From NCBI GenBank assembly GCA_046590205.1, contig JBKJTT010000037.1, forward strand, positions 5,888-69,887: DNA of 64,000 nucleotides. The letters run 5' to 3'. Origin of the DNA: Candidatus Kapaibacterium sp. (GTDB lineage: Bacteria > Bacteroidota > Ignavibacteria > Palsa-1295). Of the stretch, positions 39,535 through 49,658 are shown one piece after another. A program made the translations under genes and the position numbers. The notes under the pieces are model-generated. The model searched no databases. It was not told where the DNA came from and was given only the letters and a program-made list of their open reading frames with translations. Every line of letters begins with the position of its first letter. The first letter of the stretch is position 1.

Positions 39535-40233
39535 TTACTTAGTGGTTGTTCTAAGATACTCGCTCGGTTTTGAGATTAGCGCTCGTTTATCACTTGTTGC
39601 AAAGCGCATCCCATCTTCATTTGCTTGCGTATCCCGCTGGTCGTTCACACCGCCGACGATAAACGCCTCTTCGCCTGCTTCAACAAACGAACCGATTAAC
39701 CGAACGAACGAGTTCATCCCCAAAGTTCGCTTCAAATATGCCGAAAGAAAAAAATGCTGCATTTTATCTTTGTCTTCGGTCGAGTCATTATAAACTTTGC
39801 TCGGTAATCTATCGACTCGTTTTGTAAAAATCTCTTCCGGCTCAAAGGTAAGCGGCAATGTGATAGATGCACCAAATAACAGCTTCACTTCAATGACCCG
39901 GTGGTCGAGCGTAGCAACTGCACTCGTTAATTGAGCGGCTTGGAAGTCTCCACGAGAAAGGATGTACGCCTCATCGTAGATATAGTCAAGCTTTTCGCGG
40001 TCAGTCATACCTTTGGCCTCTTCTATATAAATATCACTGCGGATATGATCGCGGAGTTGGTACCCTTCGATGTACCCCTTCGGCGTGAAGAGAGCACCGA
40101 AGAACATGAGCGGAGTTTTGGATTGAGCTTGTGATACTTGTGCAAGTAATAGGGCGGTTAGTAAAGTGAAGTATATTAGATTGCCACGTCGGGCTAAAGC
40201 CCTCCTCGCAATGACAGAAAAAATTGTTTTCAC
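39535..40233 (-). CDS. Hypothetical secreted protein (probable GTG start at 40233)
   Basis: MKTIFSVIARRALARRGNLIYFTLLTALLLAQVSQAQ signal-like N-terminus; DKMQHFF...D..AN.DG motif. Confidence 0.6.
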   Translation of the reverse strand: MKTIFSVIARRALARRGNLIYFTLLTALLLAQVSQAQSKTPLMFFGALFTPKGYIEGYQLRDHIRSDIYIEEAKGMTDREKLDYIYDEAYILSRGDFQAAQLTSAVATLDHRVIEVKLLFGASITLPLTFEPEEIFTKRVDRLPSKVYNDSTEDKDKMQHFFLSAYLKRTLGMNSFVRLIGSFVEAGEEAFIVGGVNDQRDTQANEDGMRFATSDKRALISKPSEYLRTTTK

Positions 40234-40270
40234 GCGGTAATCAACTATCAAACTATAAACTATCCAACTA

Positions 40271-41482
40271 TCAACTTTTGAGTATCTCACCGATCTTCTG
40301 CTCTGTCAGCTCATCAAGCATACGCATCGAGAGCTTTTCGATACGCATTTGCATTATCCGACGGCGTTCGGATTGCGGAGCATCAGCGGCAAGTGGCTCA
40401 ACAAAGAGAGGTATATCGGCAAGCGAATACACTCCGACAAGTTCAGGTATCTTTCCTTTGTAACGGGTAACCGAAGCGGGCTTTGCTGACTCTTCGGTAA
40501 CAATGACCAAAGGACATTTTGCTTCCGATGCTAAACGTATCACTTCTTTCGCTGCGGCGGATGCCTTTTCACTAGCTATATCTTCGATGCGTTCACCAAA
40601 GAAAAATATCGTACCCGGATTTGCGAGCAGTGATGATTGTAGTTGCGATGCCTCGAGCGAGAGCATTGCACCATCCTTTATCTCCGCATTCAAAAAAGCT
40701 GTAAGAGCAAAATCAATGTAACTCCCACCTGAACGTAACGACGATACATTGATGGAGATATTATTATCCTTCTTGAGTATATCAGCAATGCGTGAGAGTT
40801 CATCCTCGATGAGCGTATCATCTACCGAAAGCTGTCCCTTGCTTTTCGGATGTGAGACCGATGCAGAGCGCGCTACAAAGAAGCGCGATGAAAGAAGCTG
40901 AAACGGACGTGATGAAAGATCAATACTTTTTACTTCATGGATAGGTGTTTCTTTTTTGAAGTCAAGTTCTTTGCCGTCTTTATCCAAGAACTTGATACCC
41001 AGTGCTTGCGCCATTCCAAAGCCTGCATCCCTTGCTAGCGGTTCATCCCAGCCAAGGATGATACTGAATGCTCCTTCATCAAGACAGTCTTGTATGAGTT
41101 CACCGATGCCGAAGGTCGTGCCGACAAACTTCAGCCCCTTTCCCTTTTTCCCTGATGGCTTTGCGTTCTGTACCGGCTCGGCAGCGATTTGCTTCATTTC
41201 GATGACACCAATGGTGCCGTTCTCGCCCGAAAAACCAAGTGGCACAACAAGCTGCTCGCCGTCAGCGCCTGTTGCTTCCACTTCGAGGAATGAGCCGAGC
41301 GAAGACGTGACGATATGTTCTATCGTGCCATCGCCGCCATCGGCTAGTGGATACTGCTTAACTTTTGCTTTGCGGTCTTGAGCACGTAATCCTTTTGCCG
41401 CAATGCTTGCTGTTTCTGTCGCGGAGAATCCGGACGTTGGTTGTGTGATGATGTAGTATTGTTCGTTCACTCGCGCTGCCAA
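40271..41482 (-). CDS. Glycerate kinase family protein (divergent)
   Basis: PLADGGDGT, TTFGIGELI, DAGFGMAQALG; several family motifs altered. Confidence 0.7.
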   Translation of the reverse strand: MAARVNEQYYIITQPTSGFSATETASIAAKGLRAQDRKAKVKQYPLADGGDGTIEHIVTSSLGSFLEVEATGADGEQLVVPLGFSGENGTIGVIEMKQIAAEPVQNAKPSGKKGKGLKFVGTTFGIGELIQDCLDEGAFSIILGWDEPLARDAGFGMAQALGIKFLDKDGKELDFKKETPIHEVKSIDLSSRPFQLLSSRFFVARSASVSHPKSKGQLSVDDTLIEDELSRIADILKKDNNISINVSSLRSGGSYIDFALTAFLNAEIKDGAMLSLEASQLQSSLLANPGTIFFFGERIEDIASEKASAAAKEVIRLASEAKCPLVIVTEESAKPASVTRYKGKIPELVGVYSLADIPLFVEPLAADAPQSERRRIMQMRIEKLSMRMLDELTEQKIGEILKS

Positions 41483-42795
41483 TTAAATACGCCGTTCGGC
41501 GGCGCTGCCGATACTAACCGATAATCGTTAACCATAAATTGATCAACGAAATAGAACCGTATATTGATGTCGCTATACTCCCACATTTCATACGGTCTGG
41601 AATTTACATCATACGGACGTTTCTCTATCGAAGTTGGTTCTCCGAGTTGAATATAAATACGTCCCCTATCTGTTTTCCATCCGTCCATCGATGTTCTAAA
41701 ATTCCTATTCGCAAACCCAACACGCCTATAAAAGACCTGCATTGGTCGGTTATAGGTATCCATCTGATATGGCTTCATTCGGCTCCAGAAATCAACGATG
41801 GCAGTTCGTTTGTCTTGTGTCGTTTCTGCAGATGAGAGTGAATCATATGCGCTTCCTGTTGCAATATAAAAGAGCTGTTCAATTGCATCTTCTATCCTCA
41901 TACCTGAGATCGGTATGCCGCGTGGTATCTTCACCTCTATAGATTTCTCCGATGAACTCAGTGCCGCTTTATGCAGTGCTTGAGATGAAGCATTCATTGT
42001 ATCTCCGGCGCGGGCAAATAGGTATTGCTCTAAGATATATTTCCCTGTCCAAATATCATCAAAATCCATTTCGACAAAGATCGGCATACGCTTGGCGCCG
42101 CTGCCGACAAGAACGTTCGTTACGCGAAATACATCTTCGTCACCGGTATGTTCTCGCAACCTCTGCACTAACCAAAGCGGATGGCTCTGTTCTGCATTAT
42201 ACAACTCGAAGAACAATCCCGATTCGCCGACATGAAGCGGCGAAATATCACTGCCAATATGCGGCACGATGCGCGAATTAAATTTTGAACGGTAGATGAG
42301 CGCATCGCTCATTGCTGGCGCATCTGCGGAGAACGTCTTCGTCAGGAATTTCCCACGCTCGGTGAATTGCCTCTTTGTCGAGAGGTCGCGTACAGTTATT
42401 ATTAAGCTGTAGTTTGTGCCTTGACGTAAGATGAACATATGCTGCGAAGCATTTGCCCGTTCGAGGCGAAGCTCATCAAGCTTTTCCATCTCTGCGCTTG
42501 TGAGGAGTATCGTCTTCATATCAGTGCCGGAGTATAATCCACTATCACCGGATGATGGTGTGATAGTAATAGTCACCGTATAATCTGCGACATACTTATC
42601 AACTGCATTCAGAAACTTCAGGAGTCCGTACGGAACAGCAACATATATATCAACTCGTGTGCTATCTGTCGAGAACGGCTCGGTTTGGAATGAAAGGGTC
42701 TCGTATGAAAAATGCGGGAGAGATGAATCGGCTTGCTGCGCAACGCTACTTTGCACAAAGAAAAAACAAAGTATGAAGCCGACTACGAGTTTCAT
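41467..42795 (-). CDS. GWxTD domain protein
   Basis: RRVGFANRNF...GWKTDRGRIYIQLGEP...WEY...FVD; signal peptide. Confidence 0.9.
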   Translation of the reverse strand: MKLVVGFILCFFFVQSSVAQQADSSLPHFSYETLSFQTEPFSTDSTRVDIYVAVPYGLLKFLNAVDKYVADYTVTITITPSSGDSGLYSGTDMKTILLTSAEMEKLDELRLERANASQHMFILRQGTNYSLIITVRDLSTKRQFTERGKFLTKTFSADAPAMSDALIYRSKFNSRIVPHIGSDISPLHVGESGLFFELYNAEQSHPLWLVQRLREHTGDEDVFRVTNVLVGSGAKRMPIFVEMDFDDIWTGKYILEQYLFARAGDTMNASSQALHKAALSSSEKSIEVKIPRGIPISGMRIEDAIEQLFYIATGSAYDSLSSAETTQDKRTAIVDFWSRMKPYQMDTYNRPMQVFYRRVGFANRNFRTSMDGWKTDRGRIYIQLGEPTSIEKRPYDVNSRPYEMWEYSDINIRFYFVDQFMVNDYRLVSAAPPNGVFNWQRE

Positions 42796-44111
42796 TCATA
42801 GACTCCGATAAGGTCGAACTCCTCGGCTTCGGTCACCTTCACATCAACCATCATCCCAGGCTCAAGCTTTTTCTTTGACTTGAAGCGTATTTCTGCATCT
42901 ATCTCCGGCGCATCGGCTGTCGTTCTGCCGTGATAGGTTCTATCGAAGTATCCTTCGATGAGTGTCTTTTGCGTCGTGCCGATCTTCGCTTCGTTCTTTT
43001 CGGCAGATACTTCGCGCTGCAAGTCCATAAGTCGTGCTTGTCGAGCGCGTTTCTCTTCTTCGGGCACAGGATCTGCAAGCGGGACGGCTGTTGTGCCGTC
43101 TTCAACTGAATAGGTAAAGACACCCAACCTATCAAACTTCATGGTCTCGACAAACTCTTCAAGCTCTGCAAATTCTTTTTCGCCTTCTGCGGGGTAACCG
43201 GTGATAAGCGTTGTACGAAGTGCAATGCCCGGGACTTTCTCGCGTATCGTACCGATGAGGTCTTCTGTCGCGCGACGTGTAATACCTCGTCGCATTGACT
43301 TCAATACTTCCGTTGAAGCATGTTGCACCGGCATATCAAGATATTTAACGATCTTCTCTTCGCCTGCCATCACATCAAGTACATCAAGCGGAAACTTCGC
43401 GGGATAGGCATACATCAAGCGAATCCATTCGATGCCGTTGACTTTTACAAGACGACGGAGCAAGTCGGCAAGAGTTCGTTTGCCTTCTGTATCGAGTCCG
43501 TAGTATGTTAGGTCTTGCGCGATGAGGATGAGTTCTTTCACTCCGCTTGAGGCAAGCATCATTGCCTCGAATGCTAATTCATCGGGCGACTTCGAGCGAT
43601 GTCCGCCGCGCATGATGGGGATGGCACAGAACGAGCAAGGATTATCGCACCCTTCGCTTATCTTGATATACGAAAAATACTTTGGCGTCGTCTGGACTCT
43701 CTCGCCGAGCAGTTCGTACTTCAGCTTTGTAGAATCATCTAACTCTGCTTCGGGTACAACCGTCCTGATGATATTGACGAAATCTTCGGTACCGAAATAT
43801 CCGTCAACGTCAGGTATCTCAAGCTCGAGTTCGCTTTTATATCGCTCGGAAAGACACCCTGCAACATAGACCTGCTTGACTTCGCCATTCTTTTTCATCT
43901 GGACTGCTTCCAGAATGGAATTAATGGATTCCTGCTTTGCGCTTTCGATGAAGCCACAGGTATTGAGGATGATGATATCCGAGAGCGACGGGTCGTTCAC
44001 GAGCTGCACGCCCTGATGCTTCAAGCCGCCCATGAGGACTTCGGAATCAACAGTGTTCTTTTCGCAGCCAAGCGTTACAATCGAGACGCGTTGTGGTTTG
44101 TTTTGAGCCAT
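42792..44111 (-). CDS. rimO: Ribosomal protein S12 methylthiotransferase
   Basis: LGCEKNTVDSE, NTCGFIESAKQES, CDNPCSFC radical SAM motif, DAPEID, TRAM domain. Confidence 0.96.
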   Translation of the reverse strand: MAQNKPQRVSIVTLGCEKNTVDSEVLMGGLKHQGVQLVNDPSLSDIIILNTCGFIESAKQESINSILEAVQMKKNGEVKQVYVAGCLSERYKSELELEIPDVDGYFGTEDFVNIIRTVVPEAELDDSTKLKYELLGERVQTTPKYFSYIKISEGCDNPCSFCAIPIMRGGHRSKSPDELAFEAMMLASSGVKELILIAQDLTYYGLDTEGKRTLADLLRRLVKVNGIEWIRLMYAYPAKFPLDVLDVMAGEEKIVKYLDMPVQHASTEVLKSMRRGITRRATEDLIGTIREKVPGIALRTTLITGYPAEGEKEFAELEEFVETMKFDRLGVFTYSVEDGTTAVPLADPVPEEEKRARQARLMDLQREVSAEKNEAKIGTTQKTLIEGYFDRTYHGRTTADAPEIDAEIRFKSKKKLEPGMMVDVKVTEAEEFDLIGVYE

Positions 44112-44171
44112 TCACCCTTTCAAACAGAATAGAACGGGGAGGCATTCCGAAGGAAAGAGGGACTTGCAATA

Positions 44172-44423
44172 TTAAGCAGCCCTTCGAGCTGAAGTTCTTG
44201 GGGTTTTTATAAGCGGATATGCTTTAATTAGAGCACGGAGGGCATTCGTTACTTCTTCGGGTGTACGAAAAACGCGGGTAATATCAGAGTCTAGAGCAAC
44301 GACCATCTGCTCCTTCTTCCGATTCGCAAAACGGTTCGGCTTTGCTTTCGAGTAATCAAACTCTATATGCGCAGGTATATCATCAGCTTCCTTCTTTGGT
44401 TTCCTTTTCACCCTACTCATCAT
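44172..44423 (-). CDS. Small BrnA/CopG-like antitoxin-type protein
   Basis: FDYSKAKPNRFA...VALDSDI...F...VTNALRALI. Confidence 0.55.
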   Translation of the reverse strand: MMSRVKRKPKKEADDIPAHIEFDYSKAKPNRFANRKKEQMVVALDSDITRVFRTPEEVTNALRALIKAYPLIKTPRTSARRAA

Positions 44424-44490
44424 ATTTCTTATATCTTCTTAAGATGTAACAAATCTAATCATATAAGGTTTATCAAGGAAACAGCATCTC

Positions 44491-46020
44491 TTGACCAAAC
44501 GCATTATCATATTCTTTCTGCTCTTTTCTCTTCCTGCGCTCGGGCAAGTCGCCGAGAAGCCGGGGCGGTATGACTATCTTTCTGTTGATATTGGAATGAC
44601 CTATTCCTGGCTTACGGGATACGAGAATTTCTTCTGGCCCATTGTCTATCCGTATGACTCTCGCCCTATTCCACCAGCCCAATATATCGGTTTTACACAA
44701 CAAGGAAGTGGACTCGGGGTTAAAACAGGACTTGCGGTAGATATGCGCATCGCAGGTACGTTCGCACTTCGTCTCGGACTTTTTTACCGAACACATTCAA
44801 TAGGTAATACAGAAAGACGTATATCCGAACCGACTTCTCGATTATCCGGCAGCCCACTTCCTGAAATCGAACGAACCTATACAAGCACATGGCAATTTGC
44901 AGGGGCGGAGATAATGGGTCGCATTCCACTCTTCACTGAATATCTTTACGGACTCGCAGGTGTCTCACTTTCGTATATGATAAGTGATAAATTTGCATCT
45001 GACGAGCGGATCACTGATGATACCTATACCGGCTCATATCTTAGTTTACCATCGGGTACACCCAGTGGTGTCAGAAGTTATTCGGTCGCCGATCAAACGA
45101 GCAATAATTTTTACAACCTGGTCCAGTTGGGCGGGAAGTTCGGGCTTGGCTATTTTATCCCTCTTAGTGAAAGCATAGTCCTAACACCAGAGATAACGAC
45201 GACAATACCATTTGGAAAACTCACTTCCAATGAAGTTGAATTGTACTATAATAGTAATGCTGCAAAAACACCGGCGTTATCATACATAGAATTCCAACTC
45301 GGAATAAAGTTTGTCATCGGAGAGGAAAAGAGAGTATATGAATCAACACCGTCGCCCGGGTCAACCGCTATCCCTCGCAGAGAAACATCAAGTGTTCTGA
45401 TGAAACCTACTTCGTTCGCCGAGCTTCACGGCAGAGTCCGTAACCGCTCGACGAACTCTCCGTTGCAAGCAAATCTAACAATCACACATTTGGATTTGGA
45501 TAGTTCATGGAGCACTTCAACGTCGATAACGGGTGATTACAAGATACCTGTTCCCCGCGAAGGACGCTACAGCATCACTGCCGAGACCCGTGAGCATATT
45601 TTTAGCTCTACTCTCTATACGGTATCATCGGCAGGCATAGCAGAACCATCAACCGTTGATATTCAACTCTTTAAAGACCAAGGCACGCAGCGATTGCTCG
45701 TCTTTTATGAAACCGATAAGTATGAGCTTCAAAAAGAATCAATGACAGAACTTGAGCGGCTTGTCAGATTCATGAAGGAGACACCCGGTGCGCTTCTTGA
45801 GATAAGCGGACACACTGATTCACAAGGCGATGACGAGTATAATAAAAAACTGTCGGAGCGTCGTGCTAATGCAGTGATAGAGTATCTTGCAACTCGCGGC
45901 ATCGCGCCTGAAAGATTAAAAGCAACGGGCTTTGGCGAAACAAAATCCGTATCAACCAACATCACAGAAGAAGGCAGAGCCAATAATAGACGCGTCGAGA
46001 TGACAGTCAGGAAGAAGTGA
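44491..46020 (+). CDS. Outer-membrane beta-barrel + carboxypeptidase-regulatory-like + OmpA C-terminal domain protein
   Basis: Signal peptide; SGHTDSQG, NKKLSERRA, NRRVE. Confidence 0.9.
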   Translation: MTKRIIIFFLLFSLPALGQVAEKPGRYDYLSVDIGMTYSWLTGYENFFWPIVYPYDSRPIPPAQYIGFTQQGSGLGVKTGLAVDMRIAGTFALRLGLFYRTHSIGNTERRISEPTSRLSGSPLPEIERTYTSTWQFAGAEIMGRIPLFTEYLYGLAGVSLSYMISDKFASDERITDDTYTGSYLSLPSGTPSGVRSYSVADQTSNNFYNLVQLGGKFGLGYFIPLSESIVLTPEITTTIPFGKLTSNEVELYYNSNAAKTPALSYIEFQLGIKFVIGEEKRVYESTPSPGSTAIPRRETSSVLMKPTSFAELHGRVRNRSTNSPLQANLTITHLDLDSSWSTSTSITGDYKIPVPREGRYSITAETREHIFSSTLYTVSSAGIAEPSTVDIQLFKDQGTQRLLVFYETDKYELQKESMTELERLVRFMKETPGALLEISGHTDSQGDDEYNKKLSERRANAVIEYLATRGIAPERLKATGFGETKSVSTNITEEGRANNRRVEMTVRKK

Positions 46021-48090
46021 TTATCGTATCTTCAAGAGCCGCGCATTTATCGCAACAACTATCGTACTTACCGACATCAAGACTGCGCCTACTGCCGGCG
46101 AAAGGATGATGCCCTGCCCAACAAGCACACCTGCAGCAAGTGGGATAGCGATGGCATTATATCCTGCTGCCCATATAAGATTCTGTACCATCTTTCTATA
46201 GGTAGCTCGCGCAAGTGAAATAAGTGCTGCGATATCTTGCGGATTGCTGCGGATTAAAACTATGTCAGCTGATTCGACTGCTACATCCGTACCTGCGCCG
46301 ATAGCAATGCCGATATTTGCTTGTGCAAGAGCCGGAGCGTCATTGACTCCGTCCCCGACCATAGCGACTACCCTTCCCTGTTCCTGCTCACGTTTTACTT
46401 CGCGCGATTTATCACCGGGCAGAACTTCAGCGCGAACATCATCTATCTTGAGTTCGGATGCTACTGTTTGGGCAACAGAGCGGTTATCGCCTGTAAGCAT
46501 GACGGTCTTGATACCAAACGAGCGAAGTGTTTCTATAGCTTTATATGACTCGGGGCGAATTGAATCCGCAAGTGCAAAAGCCGCAGAAAGCACATCATCA
46601 ATGATAAGAAATACAACTGTCTTCCCTTGCTGTATTAGTTGTGATGCTCCTTCAGGAATTGCAATGTTTGATGATATGAGATAACCAGGACTTACAACAT
46701 GGACACTTTTGCTATCAATAACTCCTCGAATCCCTTTTCCGGGAATAGCCGAAAAATCGGTAACGGGCAGATAGGAAGATGTCAGTTCTGCAATTGAATG
46801 TGCTATCGGATGCTCTGAATTCTTTTCAAGCGATGCGGCAATCTGCTCTACTTGTTCTTTACTATAGGCATCATTGAGCACAAGCGTATCTGTTACACCA
46901 AAGTTACCTTCGGTAAGTGTGCCAGTCTTGTCAAGTATGATAGTATTAACATTGCGCACCTCTTCAAATGCCGCACGATTGCGAATGAGTAATCCGTTAC
47001 GGGCAGCGAGTGTCGTAGAAACAGAAACCACAAGCGGCACTGCAAGCCCAAGTGCATGAGGGCAGGAAATGACCATCACCGTAACGGCACGTTCAAGTGC
47101 ATACGATAGTGATACGTCAGATAGAGTAAGCCAAAGTATGAACGTGACTACGCTTGCACTAATAGCAACAATTGTGAGCCAGAATGCTACCCTATTAGCA
47201 AGATCTTGCGTGCGAGAGCGACTTGATTGCGCTTCGCGAACAAGTGCTATAACCTGTGAAAGGAATGTCTCATCGCCTGTCTTATCAATGGTCACAGTTA
47301 TCGCACCATCGCCATTGAGGGAGCCGCCGATAACGCGGTCACCTGCTTTTTTTGAAACAGGTTTTGACTCACCGCTGACAATAGATTCATCTACATATCC
47401 CGAACCACCGGTGATGATACCATCAGCAGGGAATTTCTCACCCGGCTTGACGATAACTCTGTCATTCTTAACAAGTGAACTGATAGCAACTTCTGTTTCT
47501 GCACCATCGGATGAAAGTTTATGTGCAGTAGAGGGAAGAAGCTTCACAAGTACTTCCAGCGCATCGGTCGCCTTTGTAAGGGTTTTCATCTCTATCCAAT
47601 GCCCGACAAGCATGATATCCACAAGTGTAGCAAGCTCCCAATAAAAATCCATTCCTTCAAGCCCGAAGGTAACAGCTACACTATAGAGATATGCGGCAGA
47701 GATGGCAATAGCTACGAGTGTCATCATCCCCGGCTCGCGCTGCGATAGCTCTCGCTTCATTCCGCGAAGGAATGGAATACCTCCATAGATATAGATAACT
47801 GTACTTAATCCGAAGAGAAGGTAGTTTATCCAATTCTCCCCATGAAGCATCTCAAGTCCGATGAATGAGCGAACCGTATTACTGAAATACAGTATTGGAA
47901 CCGTCAGCGCAACAGATACCCAGAACCGGATACGGAAATCAGCAGTGCTGTGCCCAGCGTGTGCATTGTGTCCGGAGGGTGAGTGATGATCCTTATGTTG
48001 GGCATGTCCTTCGAGTGATGGGCTCTTAGCTAAATGATCGTTGTGATCATGACCTTGATGTTCATCATGTGAATGTGTATGGTCTTGCAT
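46021..48090 (-). CDS. copB: Copper-translocating P1B-type ATPase, CopB (P1B-3)-like
   Basis: His-rich N-terminus, CPH, DKTGT, SEHP, GDGVND, YN and MSVST signature. Confidence 0.9.
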   Translation of the reverse strand: MQDHTHSHDEHQGHDHNDHLAKSPSLEGHAQHKDHHSPSGHNAHAGHSTADFRIRFWVSVALTVPILYFSNTVRSFIGLEMLHGENWINYLLFGLSTVIYIYGGIPFLRGMKRELSQREPGMMTLVAIAISAAYLYSVAVTFGLEGMDFYWELATLVDIMLVGHWIEMKTLTKATDALEVLVKLLPSTAHKLSSDGAETEVAISSLVKNDRVIVKPGEKFPADGIITGGSGYVDESIVSGESKPVSKKAGDRVIGGSLNGDGAITVTIDKTGDETFLSQVIALVREAQSSRSRTQDLANRVAFWLTIVAISASVVTFILWLTLSDVSLSYALERAVTVMVISCPHALGLAVPLVVSVSTTLAARNGLLIRNRAAFEEVRNVNTIILDKTGTLTEGNFGVTDTLVLNDAYSKEQVEQIAASLEKNSEHPIAHSIAELTSSYLPVTDFSAIPGKGIRGVIDSKSVHVVSPGYLISSNIAIPEGASQLIQQGKTVVFLIIDDVLSAAFALADSIRPESYKAIETLRSFGIKTVMLTGDNRSVAQTVASELKIDDVRAEVLPGDKSREVKREQEQGRVVAMVGDGVNDAPALAQANIGIAIGAGTDVAVESADIVLIRSNPQDIAALISLARATYRKMVQNLIWAAGYNAIAIPLAAGVLVGQGIILSPAVGAVLMSVSTIVVAINARLLKIR

Positions 48091-48212
48091 AATTACTCTT
48101 AATCATTAGCAAAGTTCTCTAACACATTCAAAGCGGGGAGGAATGCGTTTGAATTCAGGGTCAGTTACATCATTTTGATGATCAAAGAAGATAGACTTAG
48201 CATCTATCTTCA

Positions 48213-49658
48213 TTACGTTACCTCTACATTCACCATCATGCCGTCGTCTTCGTGTTCGAGGTTGTGGCAGTGGAACATATAGATGCCTTTGTTTTCGTTG
48301 AAGCGGACTGCTATGCGGACGAACTCGCTGCCGTTAATGAGCACCGTATCTTTCCAGCCGAAGTCATTCGGCTTTAGCGCATCAAAGCTTCTATCTATAA
48401 TCTGAAATTGCAACCCATGTATGTGCATCGAGTGAATTGCATCCCCCTGATTCTCCATCTCCCATATTTCAAGGTCGCCTGCTTTGACGGTATAGTCAAT
48501 ACGATCCATATCAAAGACAAGGCCATTTATCTGATGCTGTCCGTACTCAGCAGTGTGGTTCATTGTGAACTGGAAGTACCTTGTATTCACAGCTTTCGTT
48601 GGGTCAAGCTTTTCGTAGGTGGAAAGAGTTGTGGGGATAGTGTATGAATTGGTATTCGTCAGCTTCACGTCAAAACGAACAAGGTCATGCTCTGCGCCTT
48701 GCGGATAACTTGGGTTCTGATGCGATGAGTTAAATACATATTCAAGCGTCTTTAACTTAACAGAACTGCCAAGGAGATCGCTCTTAAAATCTACTAGCAC
48801 ATCAACTCGTTCACCGGGCGATACTTTTATCTCTGTCATTGGATACGGCTTATCAAGCAAGCCGCCGTCATTTGCGATAAGGTGCATCGTACGCTTATCT
48901 TCAAAGCCGAGCATATAAATGCGAGCATTTGAAGCATTTACAAAACGCAGACGGTAAAGTCCACGCGCAACTTCGTGATATGCGTCAGGTGTACCATTGA
49001 CGAACATCGTATCACCGAGATAACCAGGCGGGATGTCATCGTTCGTTCTATCCCAGATGATTTTATTTGCTGTATCAAGACGTTTATCCTGAAGGACAAG
49101 TGGAATATCGAACTCACGAGCAGGCAGGTTGAGTGCATCCTCTTCGTCATCGTTTACGATCAGCACTCCTGCAAGTCCCATATATGCCTGATAGCCCGTT
49201 CGCATATCAGGATGAGCATGATACCAATACGTCCCTGCCCTATCAACGATAGGGAATGTATAACGTTTGCTCGAACCGGCGGCGGCGGCGTCCTTCGGAT
49301 GACCATCCATATCTGCAGGCACGTTCAAGCCATGCCAATGAATATTAGATAGTTCTGTGAGTGCGTTCGTAAAATTAATATTGAGTGTATTGCCTTTCTT
49401 GATGCGTATCGTCGGACCAAGGAATGCGCCGTTGATAGTAATAACGTTCGACGGAATCCCCCTCCATATATCAACACTTCCCATTGCAGCGATGAATTCG
49501 CCGGAGCCATAGTTGGTAGCTGGAATGCGTAATGCTTGTGAGCCGCGCTTTGGCGTATCAACAGGCGGAATTTCTGAGTCGCATGATGTGAGGAGACTCC
49601 CCGACGTGCCAACAACAGAAAGCGCGCCGAGGGATTTGAGGAAGTTGCGTCTATTCAT
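48213..49658 (-). CDS. Three-domain multicopper oxidase (CueO-like), Tat lipoprotein
   Basis: NRRNFLK twin-arginine signal with LTSC; HWHG, WYHAH, HSMHIHG, HCHNLEHEDDGM all intact. Confidence 0.93.
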   Translation of the reverse strand: MNRRNFLKSLGALSVVGTSGSLLTSCDSEIPPVDTPKRGSQALRIPATNYGSGEFIAAMGSVDIWRGIPSNVITINGAFLGPTIRIKKGNTLNINFTNALTELSNIHWHGLNVPADMDGHPKDAAAAGSSKRYTFPIVDRAGTYWYHAHPDMRTGYQAYMGLAGVLIVNDDEEDALNLPAREFDIPLVLQDKRLDTANKIIWDRTNDDIPPGYLGDTMFVNGTPDAYHEVARGLYRLRFVNASNARIYMLGFEDKRTMHLIANDGGLLDKPYPMTEIKVSPGERVDVLVDFKSDLLGSSVKLKTLEYVFNSSHQNPSYPQGAEHDLVRFDVKLTNTNSYTIPTTLSTYEKLDPTKAVNTRYFQFTMNHTAEYGQHQINGLVFDMDRIDYTVKAGDLEIWEMENQGDAIHSMHIHGLQFQIIDRSFDALKPNDFGWKDTVLINGSEFVRIAVRFNENKGIYMFHCHNLEHEDDGMMVNVEVT

